The position numbers were made by a program, and so were the translations under genes. This document shows positions 20,693 through 31,299 of a stretch of 64,000 nucleotides of DNA, one piece after another. Origin of the DNA: an uncultured virus (IMG/VR IMGVR_UViG_3300032293_000679) (taxonomy: Duplodnaviria > Heunggongvirae > Uroviricota > Caudoviricetes); IMG/VR virus record IMGVR_UViG_3300032293_000679. One strand, given 5' to 3'. Within the stretch, counting starts at the first letter, position 1. Every line of letters starts with the position of its first letter. Below the pieces are notes generated by a model. That model did no database searches and was not told the origin of the DNA. It was given only the letters and a program-made list of their open reading frames with translations.

Positions 20693-21534
20693 GGCAGTTC
20701 AGCATAATATTCTTGTATCTCATCTAATAAGTTCTGCATATACTGCAAGTCAAAACCATACTGCTGTGCTGCTGTAAAGTCAACGACATTGTAGTTTGCT
20801 ATCACCTTCAACAAATTACTCTTCACCTCTTGTGGGGCATTCATATTATTTGCTACAGCTTTGATATAAGACTGAAGCACTTCAAATGCTTGACCAGTTG
20901 TGCAGAAGTATATGGTAGTGTCGGTATCTTTTAAAACAGCAGCAGCACCTTCGTTTGAAGTTATAACATCTCCAGCCGTTCCATTAAAAACTTCTCCTGC
21001 GTAGTATATCTCGTTATTATTTATCTCAATAAAAGTTCCGATATCACCTGTAACTATATAAGTTCCTGTAATCAATGTTGAACCTTCTAAATAAACAGTA
21101 GTGTACAACTCATACTTCATTGTAAATACATTGTCCGTAAAAACTAAAGATGTTGTATTGTAACACTGAGATGGAGTAAAGAATGTGTATGTAGCGTTTG
21201 AAGGAAGCCAAGAACTTCTTTCACCATAGAATCCTGTTTCTGTAACAGTATCCGAACCACTTAGAGTGTAGTCTTCTGCAAGGTAGATAGTATCTCCTGT
21301 TGCGTATGATACATCGTTAATAGTTAGAGCTTGGTCTGCTGTGTATTCAGTCCAAGCCTTAATAGTCCCTACACTGCCTGCTGAGTTAACACTATTAACT
21401 GTAGCAAACATTATTCTTACTGCATTCACATCAGAAATAATCGTTGGTGATGTGTAAGTAGATGCGTCATACACCTCTATCGTAGAAAGTGCATCCTCAT
21501 CAAAAGATATTATGGCGTTAGCTGTTATACTCAT
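20683..21534 (-). CDS. Tail hub/collar-like structural protein (start MSITANA), paralog of 23192-24061
   Basis: Shares RxxFxTxN, ETxG(F/Y)Y, YExY and YxxGEVF motifs with 23192-24061. Confidence 0.6.
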   Translation of the reverse strand: MSITANAIISFDEDALSTIEVYDASTYTSPTIISDVNAVRIMFATVNSVNSAGSVGTIKAWTEYTADQALTINDVSYATGDTIYLAEDYTLSGSDTVTETGFYGERSSWLPSNATYTFFTPSQCYNTTSLVFTDNVFTMKYELYTTVYLEGSTLITGTYIVTGDIGTFIEINNNEIYYAGEVFNGTAGDVITSNEGAAAVLKDTDTTIYFCTTGQAFEVLQSYIKAVANNMNAPQEVKSNLLKVIANYNVVDFTAAQQYGFDLQYMQNLLDEIQEYYAELPWQ

Positions 21535-22883
21535 TATGAATAAGTTATTGCTCCAGTTGTTGATAAAACATACCAAGTAGTAGTGCTAGTAGCTTGAATC
21601 ATAATTCCACCCTCCCCAGAAGCTCCATGTCCTAGTACTATAGTTCCATGACCATCTATGGTATTAGAAGAGTAGTTAGTAATAGTTACATTGCCTGCTG
21701 TGTTAACATTTTTTATAAAAATAATTTTACCTATATCGCCAGATGTTATTTGTGGCGTTGTAGCACTAGCACTTGTATACCATATATCATAAGCAAAAGT
21801 CAGAGACCCTCCAGCTACTGTACTAAAGCTACCTCCAATTTTATTGTTGAATGTAGTCCAATCTGTACTTGATAAATATCCACTCTGAGATGTGGTAGCT
21901 AGCTTAACTTGAATTGTAGTGCCAGAACCTATAACGGCACTTGAACCGCCTGTAATAGTTAATACACTACTTGTAGCTTCAGTTAAGTTTCCTTTTGTTA
22001 CGGCAGGTTCTTTAGCATTAAATGTAGACCAATCAGCAGAAGTTAATAAACCTCTATTAGCCGCACTTGAACTAGGTATGTTTAAAATAACATTCGGAGA
22101 AGATGCGCTAACAGTAAAGTCAGTTCCGCTTGAGCCTGTTGTAATACTTACAGCACCTGTCAATCCATTTAAAGAAGGAAGACCTGTATTTGCAATGGTA
22201 ATAGAACCACTTCCGTTTGTTACAGATATACCGCTACCAGCAGTTATTGTTGCTAATGTAAAGCCAGAGCCATTACCAATAAGTAACCTTCCGTTAGCTG
22301 CGCTTGATGCGTTATATCCAGTCCCTCCATTTGCTACAGGCAATACTCCTGACACCTCTGATGTTAAGCTTATGGTAGATGAACTTGTACTTGTCAAAGC
22401 ACTTCCTGTAGTCTTTAGAAATCCTGCTGACAATGAGCCGATACCATCTAAGAATCCTAACTCTGTAGTTGTAATATTTGCACTTTCAATGATAGCTCCA
22501 CTAGATGAAACCATAACCTTGTTATTATCAAGTGCCGCAGTGCTATTAGTACCCCCTTTTGCAATAGAAACAGTAGGTAAATCTGCATTTACCAAAAGCC
22601 TAAAACTAGGAACTCCAGCAACAGCGCCAGAGTTTGGGCCTGCTAGTATTGTGTTCGGGTTTTTTGATGCAAGAGATAATGTTATATTGCCACTACCTGT
22701 TATAGGGCTATTACCAACAACTAAGATACTGGTACTATCAGTAATACCTACAGAGGTGACACTTCCAGTTCCACTACCAAGAGTGGCTATGACTGTTTCT
22801 AATGAAGTCCAGTTAGCATCCACCTGAGCTGTACTCAGTGGAGAACTCTGTGAGCTTCTTTTATTTAATGTTATAACTGGCAT
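21534..22883 (-). CDS. Tail fibre protein
   Basis: S/T/G-rich; GSVTSV, LPVANGGTG and two G.L.S.DW.TFN.K repeats. Confidence 0.8.
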   Translation of the reverse strand: MPVITLNKRSSQSSPLSTAQVDANWTSLETVIATLGSGTGSVTSVGITDSTSILVVGNSPITGSGNITLSLASKNPNTILAGPNSGAVAGVPSFRLLVNADLPTVSIAKGGTNSTAALDNNKVMVSSSGAIIESANITTTELGFLDGIGSLSAGFLKTTGSALTSTSSSTISLTSEVSGVLPVANGGTGYNASSAANGRLLIGNGSGFTLATITAGSGISVTNGSGSITIANTGLPSLNGLTGAVSITTGSSGTDFTVSASSPNVILNIPSSSAANRGLLTSADWSTFNAKEPAVTKGNLTEATSSVLTITGGSSAVIGSGTTIQVKLATTSQSGYLSSTDWTTFNNKIGGSFSTVAGGSLTFAYDIWYTSASATTPQITSGDIGKIIFIKNVNTAGNVTITNYSSNTIDGHGTIVLGHGASGEGGIMIQATSTTTWYVLSTTGAITYS

Positions 22884-22901
22884 ACTACAAATTTATCATT
22901 T

Positions 22902-23192
22902 TTATTGACAATATCCAACAACCCAGTATCCGATAACATCGTAACCATCCTGTATGGCAATGTCTAAATTTTCCTTTCCTGCCTTATTTGCTGCTGCGTT
23001 CTTTTGTGCAACAGATGCGTTTCCATCAAGCATATAGTTTAACACAGAACATAGCACCAATGTATCCTTAATTTCATTGTTCATAGGCAGACCAATATTC
23101 ATTATATCTGCCTGTTCTTGCAATGTCAAGTATGTGTTAGCCTTAACATTGTCTGCTATTATAGCTAATTGTTCTGGACTTCTTTGATACAT
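22902..23192 (-). CDS. Small structural protein (start MYQRSPEQ)
   Basis: TAATG coupling to upstream gene; C-terminal GYDVIGYWVVGY motif. Confidence 0.55.
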   Translation of the reverse strand: MYQRSPEQLAIIADNVKANTYLTLQEQADIMNIGLPMNNEIKDTLVLCSVLNYMLDGNASVAQKNAAANKAGKENLDIAIQDGYDVIGYWVVGYCQ

Positions 23193-24061
23193 TATTCTAA
23201 GAATGTTACTTGGTCTGTAATATACAATAGCAAGTCGTAAGCTTGACTGATGCTGACATTGTTGGTCAAGCATATAGCCTGAATAGCTTCTAACTGACTC
23301 TTAACAAATACAATCTTGTTCTGCTCAGATACACTAATCCTTTCAAGCATATCAAATATCACTTGATACAATCTATTCTCAACACTCCAAGTTGTAGCAA
23401 AGTACTGAGAAACAGTTGCATACAACGCATTTACCCTTGGAGAGCCAGATGCTGCTGTAATTGAACTAGCGTTGTAGGCTGTAAAAACTTCACCTACTCT
23501 ATAAACACTTCCACCATATCCAACTGTACCTGTTCCACTAACAATATATGTAGTACCAGATGTACTTGTTATTGAGGGTGTTGACTGAGGATAGTAGACC
23601 TCATATTCAACAAGCCTGATATTATCCACGATAGTATCACCTGTTTCTCCAAGTTGAGTAGAAGTTATATCTAAGGCTACTTGAGATGATGTGGGAAGGT
23701 AGTTAAGGGGATAAACATAGTATCCAGTAGTCTCCCAAGTTGAATTAGCAGGTACTGAGATTCCAGTAATTTGAGGAACAAATGTTTCGCCTACAGATAT
23801 AACTTTACTATCAACTGTTTTACTTGCACTTCCAGCATTGATATACTCTTTGTATTGAGTAAAAGTACCAGAGGTTAATGTCTCAATATTGTTGAGAGTA
23901 TTGTATGTCCCAAACTTGAAGCGTGTAGCCGTAACCTGAGAGTAACTGATATTACTATCCTGAGTATAGGCATATGTGCCTGTAGTGCCTGTAATATCCT
24001 TAAAGGCTAAGTACTCGCCTGTAGATGTGGGTTTTAATTCTATTTTTAACTCAAGTGACAT
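23192..24061 (-). CDS. Tail hub/collar-like structural protein
   Basis: 289 aa, T/S/Y-rich, FKDITG N-terminal motif; paralog of 20683-21534. Confidence 0.6.
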   Translation of the reverse strand: MSLELKIELKPTSTGEYLAFKDITGTTGTYAYTQDSNISYSQVTATRFKFGTYNTLNNIETLTSGTFTQYKEYINAGSASKTVDSKVISVGETFVPQITGISVPANSTWETTGYYVYPLNYLPTSSQVALDITSTQLGETGDTIVDNIRLVEYEVYYPQSTPSITSTSGTTYIVSGTGTVGYGGSVYRVGEVFTAYNASSITAASGSPRVNALYATVSQYFATTWSVENRLYQVIFDMLERISVSEQNKIVFVKSQLEAIQAICLTNNVSISQAYDLLLYITDQVTFLE

Positions 24062-24082
24062 AATACAAATATACTACTTTTT

Positions 24083-27000
24083 CTACTTTATACCTACTAT
24101 CTTATACTTATCAGAAGCGTACTTCTCTTGACCTGCATCAATATACTTTTTCAAGTTATTTATAGCCGTTTCTCTAACTTTTTGAATGATAGCATTTCTA
24201 GTTATAGTCCTGTTATTGAAGTTAGATACTAAGAAGTTTCTATCTGTTTCGTTTAGGTTTTTGTTGTTTTTAAGGAAGTTAGCTAACTCAACTTTATTTA
24301 ATTGCTTAAAACCTGCTGAGTTCATAATAGTATCAAGATACTTGCTGTCTGTGCCAAACAAGTATTTTCTAGTATCTGCTAGTAATTGCTCGTAAGCCTC
24401 TTTCTTTAATATCCTTAACTCGCCATTATAAACCATCATCCTTGCTCTTATATCTTGATATTGTGAGCCTGATAATTCTTTTACGATAGCCGCCCTGTCT
24501 TCATCTGAAACTTGATATTTGTAGTCTGATAAGTCAGCGTTTAACTCTTTGTCAATAAGCGTACTAACATTAGCCTCTCTCTCTATACCTTTTGATACAA
24601 CCCTAAATGCATCATAAATCTCCTTACTACCTGTGAGACCCATAGTAGCAAAGCCCATTATTTTTGTTGCAGCAGATTTCTTTTCAATATCAAAGCCGCT
24701 TGAATTTGAGTAATCAAAAAATAATTTTGTAAATAAGTTTACAAAAGCTACCTCCCAACCACCAGCTTTAACTTCTCCAATAACAGGTCTTTGTAGTTTT
24801 TTTCTATTTGAATCCTCAACACTCTCTCCTTCTCTTTGAGCAATAATTGCACTAGATGTAGCGTACCACAGACCATTTACAAGTAAAGCCCATACAGCAG
24901 TACCGACAAAGCCTGATGACCCAAGAAGTATATCTGAAGCCAATGAAGCGGCAAGCTCAAAACCAACCTTGGTAACCTCTTCATCATCGTCATCTTTCTT
25001 GCCTTTTATAAAATGCTTGATTAAGCTAGCTATACTCCAGTTTGCAATAGACATTGATATAAGCCTGAACATAACCTGCTGCATTATAAATGCATCTCTT
25101 GTAGCTTTCCATGTCTCTTCTTCGGTGCTATCCATTGAAGCTCTCAATTTTTTGTCTCTAAGCTTTCTAATAGCTTGACTAAAAGATTGATGAGTTGTTA
25201 AAGAAAAGCCTTTCATGTAAAGGAAGAACGATTCTTTTTTAAGTCTTTCAGACATATTTGTCCTCTTAGACTCGGAGTTCAAATCTGCCTGCCACTTTTC
25301 TGCTGCTCTTAAACCTGATTGGTCTATCTTGTTTTTAGAAAGGTCTAATATAATTTCTTGAAAAGTTTTACCAGCTTTTTGTTGATGGTCAATGTATGCG
25401 GTAAGGATATTAATCTTAGATACATAAGCATCACCAGCCTCTAAGAATGAATCGTACTTGCTTTTTATAGCTAAATTAACAAGAGAGAATAATGGGTCTG
25501 AAGCAAACTTTTGAAAAGACTCTGTAGCCTTTAAAGCGGCAAACCTCTTACCTTCAGACTTGCTGAACGCATCTCCAACCAAAGCATCAAAATACTCTAC
25601 AGGGAATCCGAGGTCAGATGGGTTTAACTCGTAAACATTTAATCTGTATTTTATGGTTGAGTTTTCAATTAAATTTTCTACAGCGTACCTAAAATCAGGA
25701 TTAGCAATTAATCTAACAGCTAGAGTTGCAGCCTTTGGTTTTAATTTAAAGTTTACATCTAAAGCTGGAATAGGCTGTTTAAATATCTGTGATGCACTTT
25801 TCAATAAAACACCAGCAGCTATGTTTGAGCCTAGCCTTTTTGTCTCTACCCTAAGAGCAGTTTCTGCATCACCGTAAATATTACCTCCGTTTTTCTCTGC
25901 TAATACCTTTTCTTTTATTGCGTTTTCAAGTATGCCAATAGATGTTTCATCAAGATTATATTCTGATAATCTTTGCAATCCAAAATTTCTGTTGTTTAAA
26001 AGATTTGCCATGTCAAGCATTTCGCTTGAACCCAAATCTACCATTAACGCTTCCCAGTATCCTTTTGAGAAGTTTTCAATAAAGCCAGTTCTGTACGAGT
26101 CTGCAAGATTCTTGGTTCTGCCTTTTGCTCTTCCGTTATCTTTAGCCATTCTGCTGAAAGATGCTTGCAAATCTTCAATAGTAGCTTCGTCCTTATCAAT
26201 ATCTTTTTTAGCAAATGTTGGAAAGTAGTTCTCAATCTCATCATAATTACTATTGTAATTGATTGACATTGCGTTTCTAAAGTTTGATAAAGACTTAAAT
26301 TTATTAATAACAAGATTGTACAATTCCTGTTCTTTTGAATCAAGCTTATTGGCAAGTGATGCTGTTGTGATATCACTAGCTAAATCATAAGTCAAGGTTT
26401 TTAAATCCAAGTTCTTAATAACACCAAAGCTTTCAAGAGCCTTTAATCCTTCTATTGCCTTTTTCTTATCTAATATTGCATTTGGATTTTTGTTGTTGCT
26501 ATTGAATCTTTTCAAAAAAGCGATATGCTGGTTAACCATCGTTTTAACCCTGTCGGCTACATGACGATTTTGTTGGGCTTCAGTATCACTCTTAACCCAT
26601 TGGTTTATAAATGCGTATGTATCTATTCTTGCCCAATGCGCAAAAGCATTCTTACCAAACAAAGCCAATGACTTATCTTTAAACTCTTTAAATCCCTTGT
26701 TATACTCGTCTTGCACTTTGCTAACCATAGCCTCCCAGTTGCCAAGAATAAAGTTCATTGCATTTAGGGTTGAAGCACCCCCACGAGTAAGCTCTGCTAT
26801 TATTTGAGACGGAGTTTGAGCGTAAGCTATCTTTTTAGACAATGGTGATAACTCATTACTAATATCATTAAAAGCTTTTGTTACAACCCTCTTCATCTTT
26901 TCAAACTTGTCGTTAAGTCTACCTAAAGAAGCAAACTCTCCTATGCCTGTAGCATCGTTATAGAAGATTATATTTTCAATCTCATTGGCAAGTTTTACCA

Positions 27001-30000
27001 ATTGATTGTAAGACAGGTTATCAATGTTTTTAAATATCTGATCGTAATCTAATGGGGTTGAGGTATTTTCATACTCTTTGAAAGAGTCAATAATATCCTC
27101 CTTGTTAGTCTCCATCAAATTCCTAACACTATCCTTTAAAGACTTTAAAGCCTTAGCCTTTTCATTAGCCTTAGCTTCAATCTTCTCCATGGCTTCTTTG
27201 TCTTTTGTAGAAGCATCTTCACCCTTGCTGCTTATTCTTTCCTTTAAACCAAGCCAATCTTCTTCAGTTTCAATATCAGTACCTGCAAAAGCGCCATCCT
27301 CCTTTAGCTCTGCATATTCCTGTTTCCATTTAAGAGCATTGTTTACAGCCTTGATTTTTTCCATCATATCCTTATACTCTTGAATATAATCAAGTTCTTG
27401 CTCTAAGAAATTGTCAAGGGCTAGCTTTGTATCTGTACCAATTAACTCTTTTTTACTTAGGTTCTTTTCAAGGTCACTTAAAACCTTTGCATAACCCTCT
27501 AAATTGAATACTTGGTATGGAGATGGAAACTCTATTGAGTTGATGTAGTCTATGTCTGATGAAGATAGTTTAGACTTGTTCTTTCTTAGTTTTTTAACTT
27601 TTTTAACCAAGTCTTTTATGTTGTCAATCTGCGCCAAACGAACACCAGCATTGTCTAATTCAAAAATCTTAGGCAACATCTTCGCAAATGACATTTCATC
27701 CTTGATTTTAGATATAGCCTTTTCTATTGCAAGTGTAACAGGAATTTTATTCTCCTCCAATATTTTTCTTACCTCTTTTTGGTATGCAACTTTTGCCTTC
27801 TCAATAGCAGCAGCAGCTTTTTTACCTGCTACATATCCTTGTGATTCAGCTTTGTACAGCTCTCTAGACAACTTGCTAACGCTAATAAGTATTTTGTCTT
27901 TTACGGCAATTAAATTCTTTACAGCCTGCTTTATTACCTTTGGATTGCTAGTAGCTTGAGATGTTGCTTCAGCTTGTGCTAGAGCATAAATCTCAGAACC
28001 TTTTAACATAGAGCCAGCAACAAGATTAGTGTAATCATTAAGAGTCATTTTACTTAAAGCTTCTGCTGATACAGACAACTTCATTGAACCCTTAACAAGT
28101 GTCCACATTTCTTTTAACCAACTCAAGAATTTGTTTTGGTCTTTCTTTGCAATATACTGACCTCTGTCTCCAATTGCTTGAGCAAGTGCTTCTTCGTACA
28201 ACTCTTCCTCTCTACCTTTTTCAGCTAAGTGAGGATAGTTCTTCTTTACTCTTTCTATGTATGCACCACCATCTTGTTTGATAAGTGATATACCTTTTTT
28301 GTAGAATGCTTTGTGGTTTTCTTTTACATAAGCGTTCCATATATGACCAAACTCATGTATAGGAGTTGTAGGAGATGCTGTTCTAGGGTCTATATATACT
28401 TTACCTTCATAAACAAACCCAAGCACTTTGCCTTTAGCGTCACGCATAAACAATGGCTGACCCTCTTCTACTTGTGCTTTTAGTTCAGGTGTTATGTCTA
28501 TGGAGTATTGGGTAGATTTTAAAGCTAAAATATCTTTTTCGTATTGTTCAAATTCCTCCCCTAATTTCTTATATTCCTTTACATACTTATCAATTAAATC
28601 TTGTTCCGTTTTATTTTTTGCCCTTTTTTGTGGCATTTCTTTATTTATCTGTTCCCTTCTCGCACCAATTATCTCTCTTTTTTTCTCAATAGCATCAATT
28701 TTATCTTGTGTCGTTTTATCATTAGCATTTATATCAACCGTTTTCGGAGTTTGCTTAAATAAGCTCTTAGCTACACTACCTATAATACCTAAACTGCCTT
28801 CTGTAGGTGAGCCGTAGAAACTCTTCATACCTTTGCCACCTACTTTGAGTCCCTCACCTTGCAACCTTAAATCGCCAGCTTTATCTGCTTTTACTTTCTC
28901 TGCTATATCTTTACCAAACATATTTTCTATCTCTTGCAATGATGTAGTCCCATTATCATCATATGCAACTCTTTTCCCATCTAATCCTAATGCCTCGAAT
29001 TTATATCTGTTTTCACCTATTCTTATAAAATCAACACGCTTAATAGATTTACTCAAATCATACCTATTGTTCTGCTGTTCGCCTGTTGTCCAAGCAATCT
29101 TATCCGCACCTTGTCTTACTGCTTCTTTAAGAGCAACCTTTAAACCTAATTCAACCCAAGCGTTTGTATCTGTTACGAATGGAGCTGCTGGAGTGGCTTC
29201 TTTTTCTTTTGCATCAGAAATCTTTTCATTTATTTCTTCTATTTTATTCAATATAGATGCAAGTCTGTAGCTGACTCCGTACCCTTGCACTTCTATGCTA
29301 TTACCCCTTAACTCTTCGTTGTATACATCATAAAAATTAGATAATTCTTCTTGAGCCATTTTAGGCACAGCATAATCACTACCCTCCCAATAAGACAATG
29401 TTTTCCCAATGTCGTCTAAGAATCTTTTTTTTCTTGATTCATCCGTACTATATGGATTGTCAATCATATTTGTTGCTACCTGCTGAATAGCATTAAACAC
29501 CTCAATAGATAAATCGCCCTCTGTCTTTTCGTTTAATAACTGATATGATTTAGAACTATTTAAAACATCTTGTTTTTCTTTTTCTAATTGATTTATTAAA
29601 GTAATATCAGTAGGCTTGCTAAAGCCTCTCCTCTTTCCTTCCTGCCCCCAATCACTTTGAACCTCTTCTAAGAACAATACTTTATTACCTTCTGAATCAA
29701 TACGAGTATTCATTCTTAAATGAACAAGTATATTGGGTTCGTCAAAGTGGGATGATTTAAAGTTATTTTTTGAGAAAAAATAACCATTATTCATAAAACC
29801 TTTGTCGCCTATTTTTTCTTTTAATTTTGATAATTTATTTTTAAATTCTTGATGCTTTTTTCTTTGAGAATCAGTAACACCTCCGCTACCCACTTCTTTT
29901 ACAAATGAATCCATTTCATCTTTTACAGAATTATATTCTTTAATTGAGTTTTCTGCTTTCGGCAACAGAACCAATACCTCTTTGTAGTTTTCTTTTTCTC

Positions 30001-30778
30001 CTTCTAATTGGTATGAAGAAAATTTAGCACCTCTTCTATTTTTTTCTTCTTCGGTAGGAAGTATTTCAATTATAAAATTATCAAATTCATCAAATTTGTC
30101 ATCTATAACCAACCCCTCTCCCTCCTTATTAATACCAATAATTCTAACATTATTATTTTTACTATATATTTCAACTTCTTTAACGCTTGTTGTATTTATT
30201 TGTTTTTTTTCAATATTCTTCTTTACCACTTCAACAACTTCAATCCTATTATCTTTTAGGTATTGTTGTATGTCGTTTTTAGAAATAGACTTAGACCCAT
30301 TTTCTTTTAGGAAGCTCTCCAATCCTGTCCAAGTCATTTCTGTTTTCTTAGCACCCCTTGAAAGCAATTGTGTAGCCCATTGGTTGCCAGTCATTTTCTC
30401 TTGCTTAACCTGACTTAAAGCTTTCTCTGTGTTTGAGTAGAATCCATTTACAACCTCAACACCCATAGGCTTAACGGTAATTTCCTTACCATCAATCTGC
30501 ATCTTAATATTCTTGCGGTCTCCTGCAAGAACTTTGTCTATTTCTTTAGTGTCAGTTATAACCTCAACATTCTTTCCAAACAACAATTGGAATGACTTCT
30601 GTATATTAGCTGCAAGTTTTCTTATAGCAGAGAACTTAACCTCTTCTGCCTTCTTATCAATATAAACTATAGAGCCTGTCTTTTTAAACTTCTCTAAATC
30701 AATATTGTCCATAGCCCAAGCATAGAACTGCGCTTCAGACATTTCAGTGCCATCCTTAAATTTAATAGTACAAGCCAT
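24083..30778 (-). CDS. Giant virion ejection / polyvalent protein with zincin-like metallopeptidase motif
   Basis: 2231 aa; TPIHEFGHIW...EEALAQAIG (HExxH + E); N-terminal module with EEVQSDW; hydrophobic helices near the C-terminus. Confidence 0.75.
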   Translation of the reverse strand: MACTIKFKDGTEMSEAQFYAWAMDNIDLEKFKKTGSIVYIDKKAEEVKFSAIRKLAANIQKSFQLLFGKNVEVITDTKEIDKVLAGDRKNIKMQIDGKEITVKPMGVEVVNGFYSNTEKALSQVKQEKMTGNQWATQLLSRGAKKTEMTWTGLESFLKENGSKSISKNDIQQYLKDNRIEVVEVVKKNIEKKQINTTSVKEVEIYSKNNNVRIIGINKEGEGLVIDDKFDEFDNFIIEILPTEEEKNRRGAKFSSYQLEGEKENYKEVLVLLPKAENSIKEYNSVKDEMDSFVKEVGSGGVTDSQRKKHQEFKNKLSKLKEKIGDKGFMNNGYFFSKNNFKSSHFDEPNILVHLRMNTRIDSEGNKVLFLEEVQSDWGQEGKRRGFSKPTDITLINQLEKEKQDVLNSSKSYQLLNEKTEGDLSIEVFNAIQQVATNMIDNPYSTDESRKKRFLDDIGKTLSYWEGSDYAVPKMAQEELSNFYDVYNEELRGNSIEVQGYGVSYRLASILNKIEEINEKISDAKEKEATPAAPFVTDTNAWVELGLKVALKEAVRQGADKIAWTTGEQQNNRYDLSKSIKRVDFIRIGENRYKFEALGLDGKRVAYDDNGTTSLQEIENMFGKDIAEKVKADKAGDLRLQGEGLKVGGKGMKSFYGSPTEGSLGIIGSVAKSLFKQTPKTVDINANDKTTQDKIDAIEKKREIIGARREQINKEMPQKRAKNKTEQDLIDKYVKEYKKLGEEFEQYEKDILALKSTQYSIDITPELKAQVEEGQPLFMRDAKGKVLGFVYEGKVYIDPRTASPTTPIHEFGHIWNAYVKENHKAFYKKGISLIKQDGGAYIERVKKNYPHLAEKGREEELYEEALAQAIGDRGQYIAKKDQNKFLSWLKEMWTLVKGSMKLSVSAEALSKMTLNDYTNLVAGSMLKGSEIYALAQAEATSQATSNPKVIKQAVKNLIAVKDKILISVSKLSRELYKAESQGYVAGKKAAAAIEKAKVAYQKEVRKILEENKIPVTLAIEKAISKIKDEMSFAKMLPKIFELDNAGVRLAQIDNIKDLVKKVKKLRKNKSKLSSSDIDYINSIEFPSPYQVFNLEGYAKVLSDLEKNLSKKELIGTDTKLALDNFLEQELDYIQEYKDMMEKIKAVNNALKWKQEYAELKEDGAFAGTDIETEEDWLGLKERISSKGEDASTKDKEAMEKIEAKANEKAKALKSLKDSVRNLMETNKEDIIDSFKEYENTSTPLDYDQIFKNIDNLSYNQLVKLANEIENIIFYNDATGIGEFASLGRLNDKFEKMKRVVTKAFNDISNELSPLSKKIAYAQTPSQIIAELTRGGASTLNAMNFILGNWEAMVSKVQDEYNKGFKEFKDKSLALFGKNAFAHWARIDTYAFINQWVKSDTEAQQNRHVADRVKTMVNQHIAFLKRFNSNNKNPNAILDKKKAIEGLKALESFGVIKNLDLKTLTYDLASDITTASLANKLDSKEQELYNLVINKFKSLSNFRNAMSINYNSNYDEIENYFPTFAKKDIDKDEATIEDLQASFSRMAKDNGRAKGRTKNLADSYRTGFIENFSKGYWEALMVDLGSSEMLDMANLLNNRNFGLQRLSEYNLDETSIGILENAIKEKVLAEKNGGNIYGDAETALRVETKRLGSNIAAGVLLKSASQIFKQPIPALDVNFKLKPKAATLAVRLIANPDFRYAVENLIENSTIKYRLNVYELNPSDLGFPVEYFDALVGDAFSKSEGKRFAALKATESFQKFASDPLFSLVNLAIKSKYDSFLEAGDAYVSKINILTAYIDHQQKAGKTFQEIILDLSKNKIDQSGLRAAEKWQADLNSESKRTNMSERLKKESFFLYMKGFSLTTHQSFSQAIRKLRDKKLRASMDSTEEETWKATRDAFIMQQVMFRLISMSIANWSIASLIKHFIKGKKDDDDEEVTKVGFELAASLASDILLGSSGFVGTAVWALLVNGLWYATSSAIIAQREGESVEDSNRKKLQRPVIGEVKAGGWEVAFVNLFTKLFFDYSNSSGFDIEKKSAATKIMGFATMGLTGSKEIYDAFRVVSKGIEREANVSTLIDKELNADLSDYKYQVSDEDRAAIVKELSGSQYQDIRARMMVYNGELRILKKEAYEQLLADTRKYLFGTDSKYLDTIMNSAGFKQLNKVELANFLKNNKNLNETDRNFLVSNFNNRTITRNAIIQKVRETAINNLKKYIDAGQEKYASDKYKIVGIK

Positions 30779-30790
30779 CGCTGTTTATTA

Positions 30791-31282
30791 TTAGATTTTA
30801 AATACAGATTTCTCAGCAACCAATTCTCCACCTTTGTCAAGGTCTCTCAATACAGAACAAGCATCAATATAGAATTTCATTGCATCTTGTTGTATTTTAA
30901 GGAACTGTAACAAATGGTTGTAACTCATTTGGCATACTGGGAACATCTCAGCAGCAGCAGATTGGTACATAGAACTAACCTCTGCTTCCATCTTTAACGC
31001 AACCTCTGTAATATCGTACAATGTAGTACCCTCTTCTGAAGGCTCTTCAATCTTAGGCATTTGGAAATCAGATCCACGACCAACGATATAATCATAATGA
31101 ATCATTGCGTGTTCACGCTCTTCTTTTGACTCATTTAAGAAATAGTCTTCAGCTTTTAAGAAACCAGCTCTGTTAGCCAAATTAGCTAACTGAACATATA
31201 CAGACGATTGGAACAATTCTATCCTAACCAAAGGTTCTAGAATCTCCATTGCTTTTGGGCTTAGTTTATAATCTTGATGCAT
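30791..31282 (-). CDS. Ferritin
   Basis: 163 aa; EL..S..Y, EEREHA, E..V and Q ferroxidase-type motifs; own promoter at 31288-31295. Confidence 0.85.
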   Translation of the reverse strand: MHQDYKLSPKAMEILEPLVRIELFQSSVYVQLANLANRAGFLKAEDYFLNESKEEREHAMIHYDYIVGRGSDFQMPKIEEPSEEGTTLYDITEVALKMEAEVSSMYQSAAAEMFPVCQMSYNHLLQFLKIQQDAMKFYIDACSVLRDLDKGGELVAEKSVFKI

Positions 31283-31299
31283 AATTACAAATATAATGT

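Noticed and set aside
21919..22827. 302-aa plus-strand ORF
   Set aside because: Antisense shadow of the S/T/G-rich tail fibre gene; codon bias explains the lack of stops.
24083..30778. Giant ORF as a crAss-type virion RNA polymerase
   Set aside because: No DxDxD catalytic motif in a polymerase-like context was seen; motifs fit a polyvalent ejection protein.
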